DNA of 64,000 nt from Promethearchaeota archaeon (GTDB lineage: Archaea > Asgardarchaeota > Lokiarchaeia > Sigyniarchaeales > SOKP01): assembly GCA_016839765.1 (NCBI GenBank), contig JAEOTP010000043.1:64001-128000 (forward strand), in the 5' to 3' direction. Shown in pieces: positions 10,201 through 19,613 of this stretch. The translations under genes and the position numbers were made by a program. The notes under the pieces are model-generated. The model searched no databases. It was given only the letters and a program-made list of their open reading frames with translations, and was not told where the DNA came from. Each line of letters starts with the position of its first letter. The first letter of the stretch is position 1.

Positions 10201-10208
10201 CTTTTTTT
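10201..10208 (+). terminator. Oligo-T terminator after putative ncRNA
   Basis: CTTTTTTT directly after the closing stem. Confidence 0.45.
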
Positions 10209-10314
10209 AAAGCTTCGTATAAACAAACCATTTTGTTAAAATTTATACATTATTAAGATTTTTAATAGTTAAGGTATATAATTATACAACGCAATTGAAT
10301 TAGGGATAATTATT

Positions 10315-10950
10315 ATGGATTTTGAGAAATTAACCGAATTAATTATAGAGTTAGAAGTAGATGATATTGCAGATGCTGTGAAAGAAGCTTTAGAAGTAGA
10401 TGATAAGGATCCATTTGATGTATTAAATGCATTAACAAAGGGTATGGATGAAGTTGGGAGAAGATATGAGGAAAAAGAGTATTATTTAACTGAATTAGTT
10501 CTAGCTGGAGAGACGATGAAAGAAGCATTTAAAATACTTCAACCAGCTTTAGCTACGTCTGACAAATCACAGGTTAAGACTAAGATCATTTTGGCTACAG
10601 TAAAGGGAGATAACCATGATATTGGCAAAAATATCCTTGGATCCTTGCTTTTGAGCTCAGGATTTGAGATTTATGACCTTGGAATGGACGTTGACGAAGA
10701 TACTATAGTGCAAAAGGTTAAAGAAACGGGAGCAACCATTGTAGGGTTAAGTACACTTCTAACTATGACTGTAGAACACATCAAAGTCGTTCATGAGGCA
10801 TTAAAAACAGCGGGGTTACGAGAACAAGTCAAGCTCATCGTCGGTGGTGCGCCACTCAACATGGAACTTGCCAAGAAACTCGGAGCTGATGACTTTGCAG
10901 ATGATGCTGTCGAGGGTGTAAAACATATTAAAAATTTTGCTGGAATGTAA
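10315..10950 (+). CDS. Corrinoid (B12-binding) methyltransferase protein, MtbC/MttC-like
   Basis: Cap domain GMDEVGRRYE...YLTEL; GDNHDIGKNI (DxHxxG); GLSTL; IVGGAP. Confidence 0.92.
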   Translation: MDFEKLTELIIELEVDDIADAVKEALEVDDKDPFDVLNALTKGMDEVGRRYEEKEYYLTELVLAGETMKEAFKILQPALATSDKSQVKTKIILATVKGDNHDIGKNILGSLLLSSGFEIYDLGMDVDEDTIVQKVKETGATIVGLSTLLTMTVEHIKVVHEALKTAGLREQVKLIVGGAPLNMELAKKLGADDFADDAVEGVKHIKNFAGM

Positions 10951-11159
10951 AAATAAAAAAAGATATTTCTTATTCTTTTTTCTTTAGTTTTAAATTGGTA
11001 TAAGAGCAAATTTATAGATAATTTATATTTTATAAAGGTTGTTTATTAGATACATTAATTTCTGCTTATAGTCCTTGTTCTTTTCTACTAAATTATAATG
11101 TGAATATTTAATTGTGTAAGAAACTGTAAATATATTGAATTTAGTAATTAATATGTATT

Positions 11160-11420
11160 TTGAAGGTGTTATTTAATTTGACACAAGAAATAGAATATGA
11201 TGATGAGTTAGATACCAGAGGTTTATATTGCCCTGAACCTTTATTTGAAGTTAGAAATTTTTCAGAAACATTGGAGGCTGGAATGTGTTTCAAAGTATTA
11301 TCAGACGATCCAGCTGCCGAAGAGGATTTAAAGAGATGGGCAAAAAGAACTGATACTGAGTTAGTTGAATTTCATAAAGAAGGGGAAGATTTAATTTTTT
11401 ATTTCAGAAAGAAGAAATAA
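11160..11420 (+). CDS. tusA: TusA/SirA family sulfur carrier (probable start TTG at 11178)
   Basis: LDTRGLYCPEP motif, DDPAAEEDL. Confidence 0.9.
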   Translation: MKVLFNLTQEIEYDDELDTRGLYCPEPLFEVRNFSETLEAGMCFKVLSDDPAAEEDLKRWAKRTDTELVEFHKEGEDLIFYFRKKK

Positions 11421-11433
11421 GAGGTAGAAAAAA

Positions 11434-11793
11434 TTGGAAGAAAAATATATTTTATATGTTCAAACAACGGATGCTCCAGAGAGACAATACTCGCCTTTAA
11501 TTTTAGCACAAACAGCTAGGGCAATGGATATTAAAGCAACAATATATTATCTCGGAATGGGTTTAAAAATCTTAAAACCTGGCGTAGCAGAAAATATTCA
11601 AGTTGGGGAATTTCCTACAGTTAAAGAGATGATAGATAAATCACTTGATATGGGTGTTGAGATATTAGTATGCGAAGCATCAAAAAGGATGTTAGGTTGG
11701 GAAAAAGTTGATTTAATTCCTGGAGCAAAAATCGTGGGCGCAGCTACTTTAAATGATTTAGTATTAGAAGCAGATGCTACTCAATGGTTTTAA
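11434..11793 (+). CDS. DsrE family protein
   Basis: GVEILVCEAS, IVGAATL; DsrE/DsrF size and pattern; operonic with tusA. Confidence 0.8.
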   Translation: MEEKYILYVQTTDAPERQYSPLILAQTARAMDIKATIYYLGMGLKILKPGVAENIQVGEFPTVKEMIDKSLDMGVEILVCEASKRMLGWEKVDLIPGAKIVGAATLNDLVLEADATQWF

Positions 11794-11862
11794 ATATGGT
11801 GAGATCTTTTAAAACGATGTTAAATTGTTTTAAATATTAAAAAAGTTAGGAGGTTAATTAAT

Positions 11863-13053
11863 GTGAGCATATACTTGGATAACCAGGCAGCTAAACCTGT
11901 GGATGAGAGAGTTATTTCAGAAATGTTGCCATATTTTAGAGATAAATTTGCGAATCCTGCTTCTTTACATGCTGATGGTGATATAGCCACTGACATTTTA
12001 GAGAAGTCAAGGGAGATGGTGGCAGATTTTATAAATGCTCCGAATCCATCAGATATTATTTTTACTTCAGGAGCAACAGAGTCAAATAATTTAGCAATAA
12101 TCGGTGCTGCTAACTTTTATAAAAGAAAAGGAAATCATATAATTATTTCTGAGATAGAACATATTTCTATTTTGAATATTGCAAAATATTTGGAAAAGCA
12201 AGGATTTAAAATAAGTAGAATCCCCGTTGACAGATATGGTATAATACGTTTGGATAAATTAGAGAATTTGATCAATGATAGTACAATTTTAATATCTGTT
12301 GCATCAGCTAGTAATGAAGTGGGTTCTATCCAACCAATTGAAGAAATAAGTAAAATTGCAACTAAAAACAAGATTCTTTTTCATACAGATGCAATTCCTA
12401 GTGAAAGTACTTTATCAATTGATGTCCAAAGTGTTCCTATTGATATGATTACTTTATCTTCTAATGATATTTATGGACCACGTGGAGTTGGAGCCCTATA
12501 TTTGAAAAAAGGAGTGAGAGTTAATCCAATTATTATAGGAGGAGGTCAAGAAAGAGGTTTCAGATCAGGTTCTGAAAATATCCCCGGTATCGTTGGATTT
12601 GCTAAAGCTGCTGGTATTATGAAGAATGAAATGCCAAAAGAGGTCGAATATCTTAAAGGGTTAAGAGATAAATTAATCAGTGGAGTGCTTGAAATAATAC
12701 CAAATTCCCATTTAAATGGTCATCCAGAAAAACGGCTGGCCAATAATGCTCATTTTAGATTCGATTATATCGAAGGAGAATCTTTAATCTTGCAATTAAA
12801 AGAACATAATGTCGCTGCCGCTACGGGATCTGCATGTTCTTCTAAAACTTTAGAACCTTCACATACTTTAATAGCAATGGGACTACTCCATGAAGAGGCA
12901 CATGGAAGCTTGTTAGTCTCCTTAGGAAGAACAACAAAACTAACTGACATTAACAAAATAATTGAGGTATTACCCGGAGCAGTAAAAAGATTAAGAATAA
13001 TGTCTCCTTTAACTCCTCCTGAATTATTAAAAAAATATAAAGAGGTGAAATAA
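11863..13053 (+). CDS. iscS: IscS/NifS-like cysteine desulfurase homologue with Lys->Asp at the PLP site
   Basis: IYLDN, FTSGATESNN, GGGQERGFRSGSEN, GSACSS; SSND in place of SxHK. Confidence 0.9.
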   Translation: MSIYLDNQAAKPVDERVISEMLPYFRDKFANPASLHADGDIATDILEKSREMVADFINAPNPSDIIFTSGATESNNLAIIGAANFYKRKGNHIIISEIEHISILNIAKYLEKQGFKISRIPVDRYGIIRLDKLENLINDSTILISVASASNEVGSIQPIEEISKIATKNKILFHTDAIPSESTLSIDVQSVPIDMITLSSNDIYGPRGVGALYLKKGVRVNPIIIGGGQERGFRSGSENIPGIVGFAKAAGIMKNEMPKEVEYLKGLRDKLISGVLEIIPNSHLNGHPEKRLANNAHFRFDYIEGESLILQLKEHNVAAATGSACSSKTLEPSHTLIAMGLLHEEAHGSLLVSLGRTTKLTDINKIIEVLPGAVKRLRIMSPLTPPELLKKYKEVK

Positions 13054-13057
13054 AAGA

Positions 13058-13852
13058 ATGAAATCAACTCAATATTCTGAAAAAGTTCTAGACCATTTTC
13101 GTAACCCAAGAAATGTCGGAGTTATCGATAATCCAGATGGTTATGGAAAAGTTGGAAATCCAGTATGCGGGGATCTTATGGAGATTTTTATTAAAGTAAA
13201 AAAAAATGAGGCTGGAGAGGATATTATAGATGATATTAAATTTAGAACTTTTGGATGTGGTTCTGCCGTTGCTACATCTTCAATGGTAACAGAAATGGCT
13301 ATGGGTATGAAAGTTGCTGATGCCTATAAAATTACTAGAAATGATGTTGCAGATGAATTAGAAGGTTTACCACCAATTAAGATGCATTGTTCAAATTTAG
13401 CTGCTGATGCATTAAAGGCTGCAATCGATAATTATAGGCTCGGTACTACTTCTGAAGTTGAAGTTGCAACTTCCTGTAGTATACCTGATATCAAAGTTAT
13501 TCTTGGTTTAGAAGATTTTGTTGGAAAAGGTGTTTTTAAAGAAGTAGATGATTTATTTAAATTTAAAGATAAAAGAGTTTTAATATTAGACACAGGAGAT
13601 AAATCACTTGAACTTGCTCTGGAATTAATAAAATATACAGGGAGAGTCATTTTATTAACATCTGCTAAAAATACGCCTGGTTCAGAAGAATTAAAGAAAA
13701 AATTAAAGAAATCTGATGTGAAAATACTGTATGAGTCTGAATTACTTGAAGTAAAAGGAACTGACGATGTTGAAAAGGCTGTGATTCATGACTTTGATGA
13801 GGATGAGAATTATGAACTTTTTATTGATACAGTAATTTATTTAGAAAACTAA
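13058..13852 (+). CDS. iscU: IscU Fe-S scaffold fused to a degenerate TrxR-type Rossmann domain
   Basis: YSEKVLDHFRNPRNVG, GNPVCGD, FGCGSA, KMHCSNL; C-terminal ~120 aa resemble the TrxR NADPH domain. Confidence 0.88.
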   Translation: MKSTQYSEKVLDHFRNPRNVGVIDNPDGYGKVGNPVCGDLMEIFIKVKKNEAGEDIIDDIKFRTFGCGSAVATSSMVTEMAMGMKVADAYKITRNDVADELEGLPPIKMHCSNLAADALKAAIDNYRLGTTSEVEVATSCSIPDIKVILGLEDFVGKGVFKEVDDLFKFKDKRVLILDTGDKSLELALELIKYTGRVILLTSAKNTPGSEELKKKLKKSDVKILYESELLEVKGTDDVEKAVIHDFDEDENYELFIDTVIYLEN

Positions 13853-14093
13853 TAAAACTAAATTATTATTTTTCAATATTTTTTAAAATATTTTTGTAAA
13901 ATTCTATGCTTTTTCTTAATTTATTTTTTTATAATTTTTAATTCATAAATTCTAAACAAAATAAGTTTGATTATATTAGATAATATTTTAATTTGTGATA
14001 TAATTCATAAAGATGAGGTTTATATGAAACATTTAACTTGAATTATTAAGTTATGATATCAAATTACACAACCTTAAAATAGTTGAGTAAAAT

Positions 14094-16484
14094 ATGCAAA
14101 GAGTTGTAATTATTGGTGGAGTTGCTGGAGGGGCTTCGGCAGCAGCTCGTTTAAGAAGATTAAGGGAAGATTTTGAGATAATTGTTCTTGAAAAGGGCCT
14201 TTTTGTTTCATTTGCGAATTGTGGTTTACCTTATTATGTAGGAAATGTGATTAAAGCGCGTGAACAATTAGAACTGATGACTCCTGAAGATTTTTTCGAT
14301 AGATATAATATCGATGTGAGAATAAACCATGAAGCATTATCCATCAATAGAGAAGAAAAAACTGTAATTATTAAAAATCTTGAAATTGATAAAGAATATA
14401 CTTTAGAATATGATTATTTAATCCTTTCTCCTGGCGCATCTCCTATAGTTCCCCCTTTTAAAGGGTTGGAAAAAGTTCCAAGTTTTACACTTAGAACAAT
14501 ACCAGATGCTGTGAAAATAAGAGAGTTTGCCGAGAAAAATAAAGTGAAACATGTCACTATAATTGGGGGTGGATATATCGGTTTAGAAATGGCTGAAAAC
14601 TTGAAAGAAAGAGGAATAAGAGTCAAAATAGTTGAGATGCTTGATCAAGTTCTTTCACCATTAGATAAAGAGATGGCTCAATTTGTACATCAAGAATTAA
14701 TTTTAAATGGGGTATGCCTTCAATTAGGAGATGCTGTAGATTCATTTGAATGTGATAAAAATAAATGTAATTATGTGATACCAAAGAGCGGTAAAAAAGT
14801 TAAAACTGACATGATAATCTTATCTATTGGAGTTAAACCTGAAAATAAGTTAGCAAAAGATGCGGGTTTAAAACTTGGACCAAAAGGGCACATAGTAGTA
14901 GATGAAAATATGCGGACTTCAGATCCTTATATTTTTGCTGTAGGAGATGCAGTTCAGACTGTAAATTTTGTTACCAATGAACCAACAGCTATTCCTTTAG
15001 CAGGTCCTGCAAATAAACAAGGAAGAATCGCAGCTGATAACATTGCTGGAAGAACTTCTAAATATAAAGGCGTTTTAGGAGCTTCTGTTTTAAAAGTCTT
15101 TGATCTAACAGTTTCTTTTGTAGGATTAAGCGAAAAACAACTAACCAATACAGATATTAAATTTGAAAAAATATATGTGCATCCAAATAATCATGCTGGT
15201 TATTATCCTGGGGCCATTCCAATCACTTTAAAGTTGCTTTTTGAAGCTAAAAGTGGTAAAATCTTAGGAGCTCAAGCAGTTGGAGGTCCAGGGACGGAAA
15301 AACGTATAGATGTGATTTCAACTGTAATAAAGTTTGGTGGAACTGTATTTGATTTGGAAGAGTTAGAACTTACTTATGCGCCTCCGTTTGGTTCCGCAAA
15401 AGATCCTCTCAACATGGCAGGGTTTGTTGGAGCAAACATTATAAAAGGCGATCATCCCATATGGCATTGGGAAGATTTACCAGAAATACAACAAAATAAC
15501 AGTTTCCTTCTTGATGTCAGGACTCCAGAAGAATATGCAGTAGGAACTATAGAAAATGCAGTAAATATAAATGATTTAGAATTGAGAAACAGATTAAGTG
15601 AGATACCAAAAGATAAAGATATTTATGTGTTCTGTGAGGTTGGGTTTAGAGGGTATTTAACAACGAGACTATTGGTACAAAAAGGTTTCAATAATGTTTA
15701 TAACCTTACTGGGGGATATAAACTATTTAAGACTGCAGCTGCTACTACACAGGAAATTGCCGAAGCTTGTGGACCACCAGAAGAAATCATCGAAGAAATG
15801 ATTGATAGAAAGACTATTGAAACCGATGAATTTATGGAAGTTGATGCATGTGGTATTTCGTGTCCAGGTCCATTAAATGCTCTCATACAAGGGCTTGAAA
15901 GTCTGCCTCAGGGTAAAAAGCTAAAGATTTATGCTACTGACCCAGGGTTTAAATCCAGTGTAGAGGCTTATGTTAAGTTAAATGGAGGGGTAAATTTAAT
16001 AAAAATAGGTAAAGAAGAAGGTAAACTAGTTACGATATTAGAAAAGGGTGAATTAACTTCCGATGAACTAGAAGGTCCTGTTAAAGCTAATAAGAGGACA
16101 AGAGCAGAATTGAGAGCTCTAGATACTCCTTCTTTATCAATAATCAGTACTGATGAACTTTTTGAAAGAATTGATACAGAAGATTGTCCTGCAATTTTAT
16201 TAGATGTACGAACACCACAGGAATTTCATGGTATAAAAGGTCATATTAAAAATGCGAAATTAATACCATTAGGAGAGTTAATGAACCATGTGGACATGCT
16301 AAATGAGTATATAGATAAAGAAATTGTAGTAATATGTGAAGCTGGTGGCCGCTCAATGATGGCTGCTCAACTTTTAGTAAGAGCAGGCTTTAAGGATGTA
16401 CGAAATTTATCAGGCGGGATGAGAGTTTGGCACAGAAAGGGATACCCTATAGAAGGAGAATATAAATATCATTATAACATTTAA
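14094..16484 (+). CDS. CoA-disulfide/persulfide reductase (Cdr/Npsr) fused to rhodanese-TusA-rhodanese
   Basis: GGVAGG, SFANCGLPY, GGGYIG, YAPPFG; rhodanese FCEVGFRG; TusA-like DACGISCPGP; second rhodanese ICEAGGRS. Confidence 0.9.
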   Translation: MQRVVIIGGVAGGASAAARLRRLREDFEIIVLEKGLFVSFANCGLPYYVGNVIKAREQLELMTPEDFFDRYNIDVRINHEALSINREEKTVIIKNLEIDKEYTLEYDYLILSPGASPIVPPFKGLEKVPSFTLRTIPDAVKIREFAEKNKVKHVTIIGGGYIGLEMAENLKERGIRVKIVEMLDQVLSPLDKEMAQFVHQELILNGVCLQLGDAVDSFECDKNKCNYVIPKSGKKVKTDMIILSIGVKPENKLAKDAGLKLGPKGHIVVDENMRTSDPYIFAVGDAVQTVNFVTNEPTAIPLAGPANKQGRIAADNIAGRTSKYKGVLGASVLKVFDLTVSFVGLSEKQLTNTDIKFEKIYVHPNNHAGYYPGAIPITLKLLFEAKSGKILGAQAVGGPGTEKRIDVISTVIKFGGTVFDLEELELTYAPPFGSAKDPLNMAGFVGANIIKGDHPIWHWEDLPEIQQNNSFLLDVRTPEEYAVGTIENAVNINDLELRNRLSEIPKDKDIYVFCEVGFRGYLTTRLLVQKGFNNVYNLTGGYKLFKTAAATTQEIAEACGPPEEIIEEMIDRKTIETDEFMEVDACGISCPGPLNALIQGLESLPQGKKLKIYATDPGFKSSVEAYVKLNGGVNLIKIGKEEGKLVTILEKGELTSDELEGPVKANKRTRAELRALDTPSLSIISTDELFERIDTEDCPAILLDVRTPQEFHGIKGHIKNAKLIPLGELMNHVDMLNEYIDKEIVVICEAGGRSMMAAQLLVRAGFKDVRNLSGGMRVWHRKGYPIEGEYKYHYNI

Positions 16485-16643
16485 TATTTAATTTTCTTTA
16501 ACTGTTATTTTTTAAATTATTCAACTTAGTTGCGTAATATCTATAGTTTATAAGTATAAAAGTTAAAATAAGCCAAATAATTATAAACTCAACAAAATTC
16601 ATTTGTTACTAAAATTCAAAATTAAACATAAGAGGGTAGAATT

Positions 16644-17234
16644 ATGAAAGAAACTGCTAAAAAATTATTTACCGCCTATGTTGGTGAGTCTCAAGCAAGA
16701 AACAGATACACTTTCTTTTCAAAAGTTGCTAAAAAAGAAGGATATGCTTTGGTTTCTAATATATTTCAGGAAACAGCAGATCAAGAGAAGGAGCATGGAT
16801 CATGGTTTTATAAAATGCTTCAAGGCTTCAAAAAAGAAGAATCATTTGATGAAATGAAAGTATTACCTGATGCAGAATTCCCTACAACCCATGGAACCAC
16901 TGTCGATAATTTAAAATCTGCAATAGCAGGAGAGAACATGGAGTGGCAAACACTTTATCCCGATATAGCTGAAACTGCAGAAAAAGAGGGTTATCCTGAC
17001 ATTGCAAAAAGAGTACAAGCAATTATACGTGCAGAAAAGCATCATTCAGAACGATATGGAAAACTACTTAAATTAGTCGGTGACGATGCGTTCTTTAAAC
17101 GAGGCAAAAAAATCGTTTGGATCTGCATGGAATGTGGTTATGAGGTAGAAATGGATCATTTACCAGAAGATTTCAAATGTCCATCATGTGATCATCCGAG
17201 GTCATATTATAGGAAGAAATGTGAAGATTTCTAA
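16644..17234 (+). CDS. rbr: Rubrerythrin
   Basis: GESQARNRY, EKEH, EKHH, C-terminal CMEC...CPSC. Confidence 0.95.
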   Translation: MKETAKKLFTAYVGESQARNRYTFFSKVAKKEGYALVSNIFQETADQEKEHGSWFYKMLQGFKKEESFDEMKVLPDAEFPTTHGTTVDNLKSAIAGENMEWQTLYPDIAETAEKEGYPDIAKRVQAIIRAEKHHSERYGKLLKLVGDDAFFKRGKKIVWICMECGYEVEMDHLPEDFKCPSCDHPRSYYRKKCEDF

Positions 17235-17313
17235 AATAAGTATAAAATTTTTAATTTAAAATCAAAATGGTTAAATAATAAACTGAATGAGATAAGAACA
17301 ACAATTTATTAGA

Positions 17314-17718
17314 GTGAAAATTTATATGCAACAAAAGGAAATATATAAATGTGCTATTTGCGGAAAAGTTATGGAAATTCTAAATCCTGCTGCTCCAGAG
17401 ACAATCTGCTGTGGACAGCCTATGCAGTTAATGGAACCACAATGGAAAGAATGGAAAACTGAAAAACATGTTCCTAAAATTACTGTTGACGTAAACAAAG
17501 TAACTGTTGATGTCGGAATCTCAATGGGTACCCCACACCCTATGACAGAAGAACATTGGATTATGTGGATTGAAGTTATTTGTAAAGATAGTTGTTATGA
17601 GAGACGATTTTTAAATCCTGGTGATGAACCTAAAGCAACTTTTACTTTTGCTAATCCTGAGGGCCTAATAGCAAGAGAGTATTGTAATCTTCATGGACTA
17701 TGGATTTCTGAAAAATAA
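17314..17718 (+). CDS. dfx: Desulfoferrodoxin (2Fe superoxide reductase); probable start ATG 17326
   Basis: YKCAICG...CCGQPM; EKHVP, HPMTEEHWI, YCNLHGLW. Confidence 0.93.
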   Translation: MKIYMQQKEIYKCAICGKVMEILNPAAPETICCGQPMQLMEPQWKEWKTEKHVPKITVDVNKVTVDVGISMGTPHPMTEEHWIMWIEVICKDSCYERRFLNPGDEPKATFTFANPEGLIAREYCNLHGLWISEK

Positions 17719-17774
17719 TTTAAAAATTTTTCTTATTTTTTTATTTTTTATTTTTAATTTTAATTGAGTTAAAG

Positions 17775-18323
17775 ATGGTAAAGAATAAAGCAATTATTTT
17801 AGATAGAGACGGCACATTAATCGAAGATAAAAATTATGCATATAAAGTAGAAGATTTTGAAATTTTACCAGGGGTAATTGAGGGTTTAAATCAACTTAAG
17901 GAATTATTCTTGTTTTTTATAGTGACCAATCAATCTGGTATTGGAAAAGGCTACTACTCCGTTGAGGATTTTCATAATTTCAATAATCATTTATTAAATA
18001 CACTAGACAAGAATAATATAAAAATAGAAAAAACCTATTTCTGCCCCCATTTGGCAGAAGATCATTGTGAGTGCAAGAAACCTAAACCTAAATTTATACA
18101 ATTAATAGCTAAAGAACATAATATTAACCTAAAAGAATCATGGGTTATTGGAGACCATCCATCAGATATTCTTTTTGGTTTGAATGGAGGATATAAAACA
18201 GTTTACCTTCGAACAGGACATGGAGAAAAACATATAGAGGAATTAGAGCAAAAAAGTATTAAGCCTGATATTATCACTGATCATTTTTTAAAAGCTAGTC
18301 AATCAATACTTAAAAAAATCTAA
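17775..18323 (+). CDS. gmhB: HAD-IIIA phosphatase, GmhB/HisB-like
   Basis: LDRDGTL, VTNQSGI, CPH...CECKKP, IGD. Confidence 0.8.
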   Translation: MVKNKAIILDRDGTLIEDKNYAYKVEDFEILPGVIEGLNQLKELFLFFIVTNQSGIGKGYYSVEDFHNFNNHLLNTLDKNNIKIEKTYFCPHLAEDHCECKKPKPKFIQLIAKEHNINLKESWVIGDHPSDILFGLNGGYKTVYLRTGHGEKHIEELEQKSIKPDIITDHFLKASQSILKKI

Positions 18324-18419
18324 TTAACTTATTCTAAGCTTACTAATAATAACAATTTCGTAATATAATAGTTATTAAAAAATAATAAGAAAAAATAAGA
18401 ATGATTAAAAATTTACGGA

Positions 18420-19598
18420 TTATCTATCTCTTTTAAACACGCTTGGCATAGCGTGTTCATATCTTTTCATTGCAAATCTAGATATGATGATTCTTTGAAT
18501 TTCGCTTGTTCCTTCATAAATTTGATATAGTTTTGCATCTCTAAATAATTTCTCAACTGGATAAGTTCTTAAATATCCATATCCTCCATAAATTTGAACA
18601 GCTTCTGTGGTTACATTCATAGCTACATCAGAAGCAAATGCTTTCGCTATTGAAGAACTCATGTTATTATCTAAACCTTGATCTGCTTCCCAAGCGGCCT
18701 TATGCGTCAATAATCGTGCTGCTTCTATATCTTTATACATATTTGCAATCTTTTCTTGTATAACTTGATAATTTCCAATAGGTCTCCCAAAAACCTCTCT
18801 TTTTTGGGCATAATCGATTGAGTATTCCATCGCTGAACGCGCACATCCTACAGCAAAAGCTCCAATAGCAGGTCGTGTGTTCGCAAAAGTTTGCATAGCT
18901 AAAACAAAACCTCTTCCTGGTTTTGCTAAAATATTTTCTTTAGGTATTCTCACATTTTTCAAGCTTACTGCTACTGTATTTGACGATCTTTGACCAAGCT
19001 TTGGAATATGTTTCCCTAATCTTACACCCTCGGCTTTAGTATCAACAATAAACGCTGCTATCCCCTTATGTTTTTTTTCTGGATCTATAGTGGCAAATAC
19101 AGTGATATAATCTGCATAACCGCCATTTGTTATCCAAAATTTACTACCATTTAAAATATACTCATCTCCATCCTTTTCAGCCTTGCACTTCATTCCAGCA
19201 ACATCAGATCCCATAGCTGGTTCAGAAGTAGCAAATGCGATTAATTTAAACTCACTTGTTAATTCGGTTAAAATTCTTTGCTTTTGTTCGTCATTTCCTC
19301 CGATCACTATTGGTTCTGCTCCAAGATTATTATCAAATACTGATGTTGCTATACCAGGACAAGCTGATGAAATTTCTTCAACCACAATACACGAGTCTAA
19401 TAATCCATATCCAGGACCTCCATATTCTTTAGGAATTCCTAAATTAAGTAAGCCTTCTTCCCAAGCCTTTTTAATAACAGGTAAAGGAAATTCTTCTGAT
19501 TCATCATATTTTCTTGCTACAGGTAAAACCTCTCGGATTGCAAATTCTCTTGCTTTTTGTTGAAGTGCTATTTGCTCTTCAGTTAATTTAAAGTCCAT
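18420..19598 (-). CDS. Acyl-CoA dehydrogenase
   Basis: SEPAMGSD, LNGSKFWITNG, REVFGRPI, GGYGY, IYEGTSEIQR. Confidence 0.95.
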   Translation of the reverse strand: MDFKLTEEQIALQQKAREFAIREVLPVARKYDESEEFPLPVIKKAWEEGLLNLGIPKEYGGPGYGLLDSCIVVEEISSACPGIATSVFDNNLGAEPIVIGGNDEQKQRILTELTSEFKLIAFATSEPAMGSDVAGMKCKAEKDGDEYILNGSKFWITNGGYADYITVFATIDPEKKHKGIAAFIVDTKAEGVRLGKHIPKLGQRSSNTVAVSLKNVRIPKENILAKPGRGFVLAMQTFANTRPAIGAFAVGCARSAMEYSIDYAQKREVFGRPIGNYQVIQEKIANMYKDIEAARLLTHKAAWEADQGLDNNMSSSIAKAFASDVAMNVTTEAVQIYGGYGYLRTYPVEKLFRDAKLYQIYEGTSEIQRIIISRFAMKRYEHAMPSVFKRDR

Positions 19599-19613
19599 CT
19601 CAATTCACTCTTT

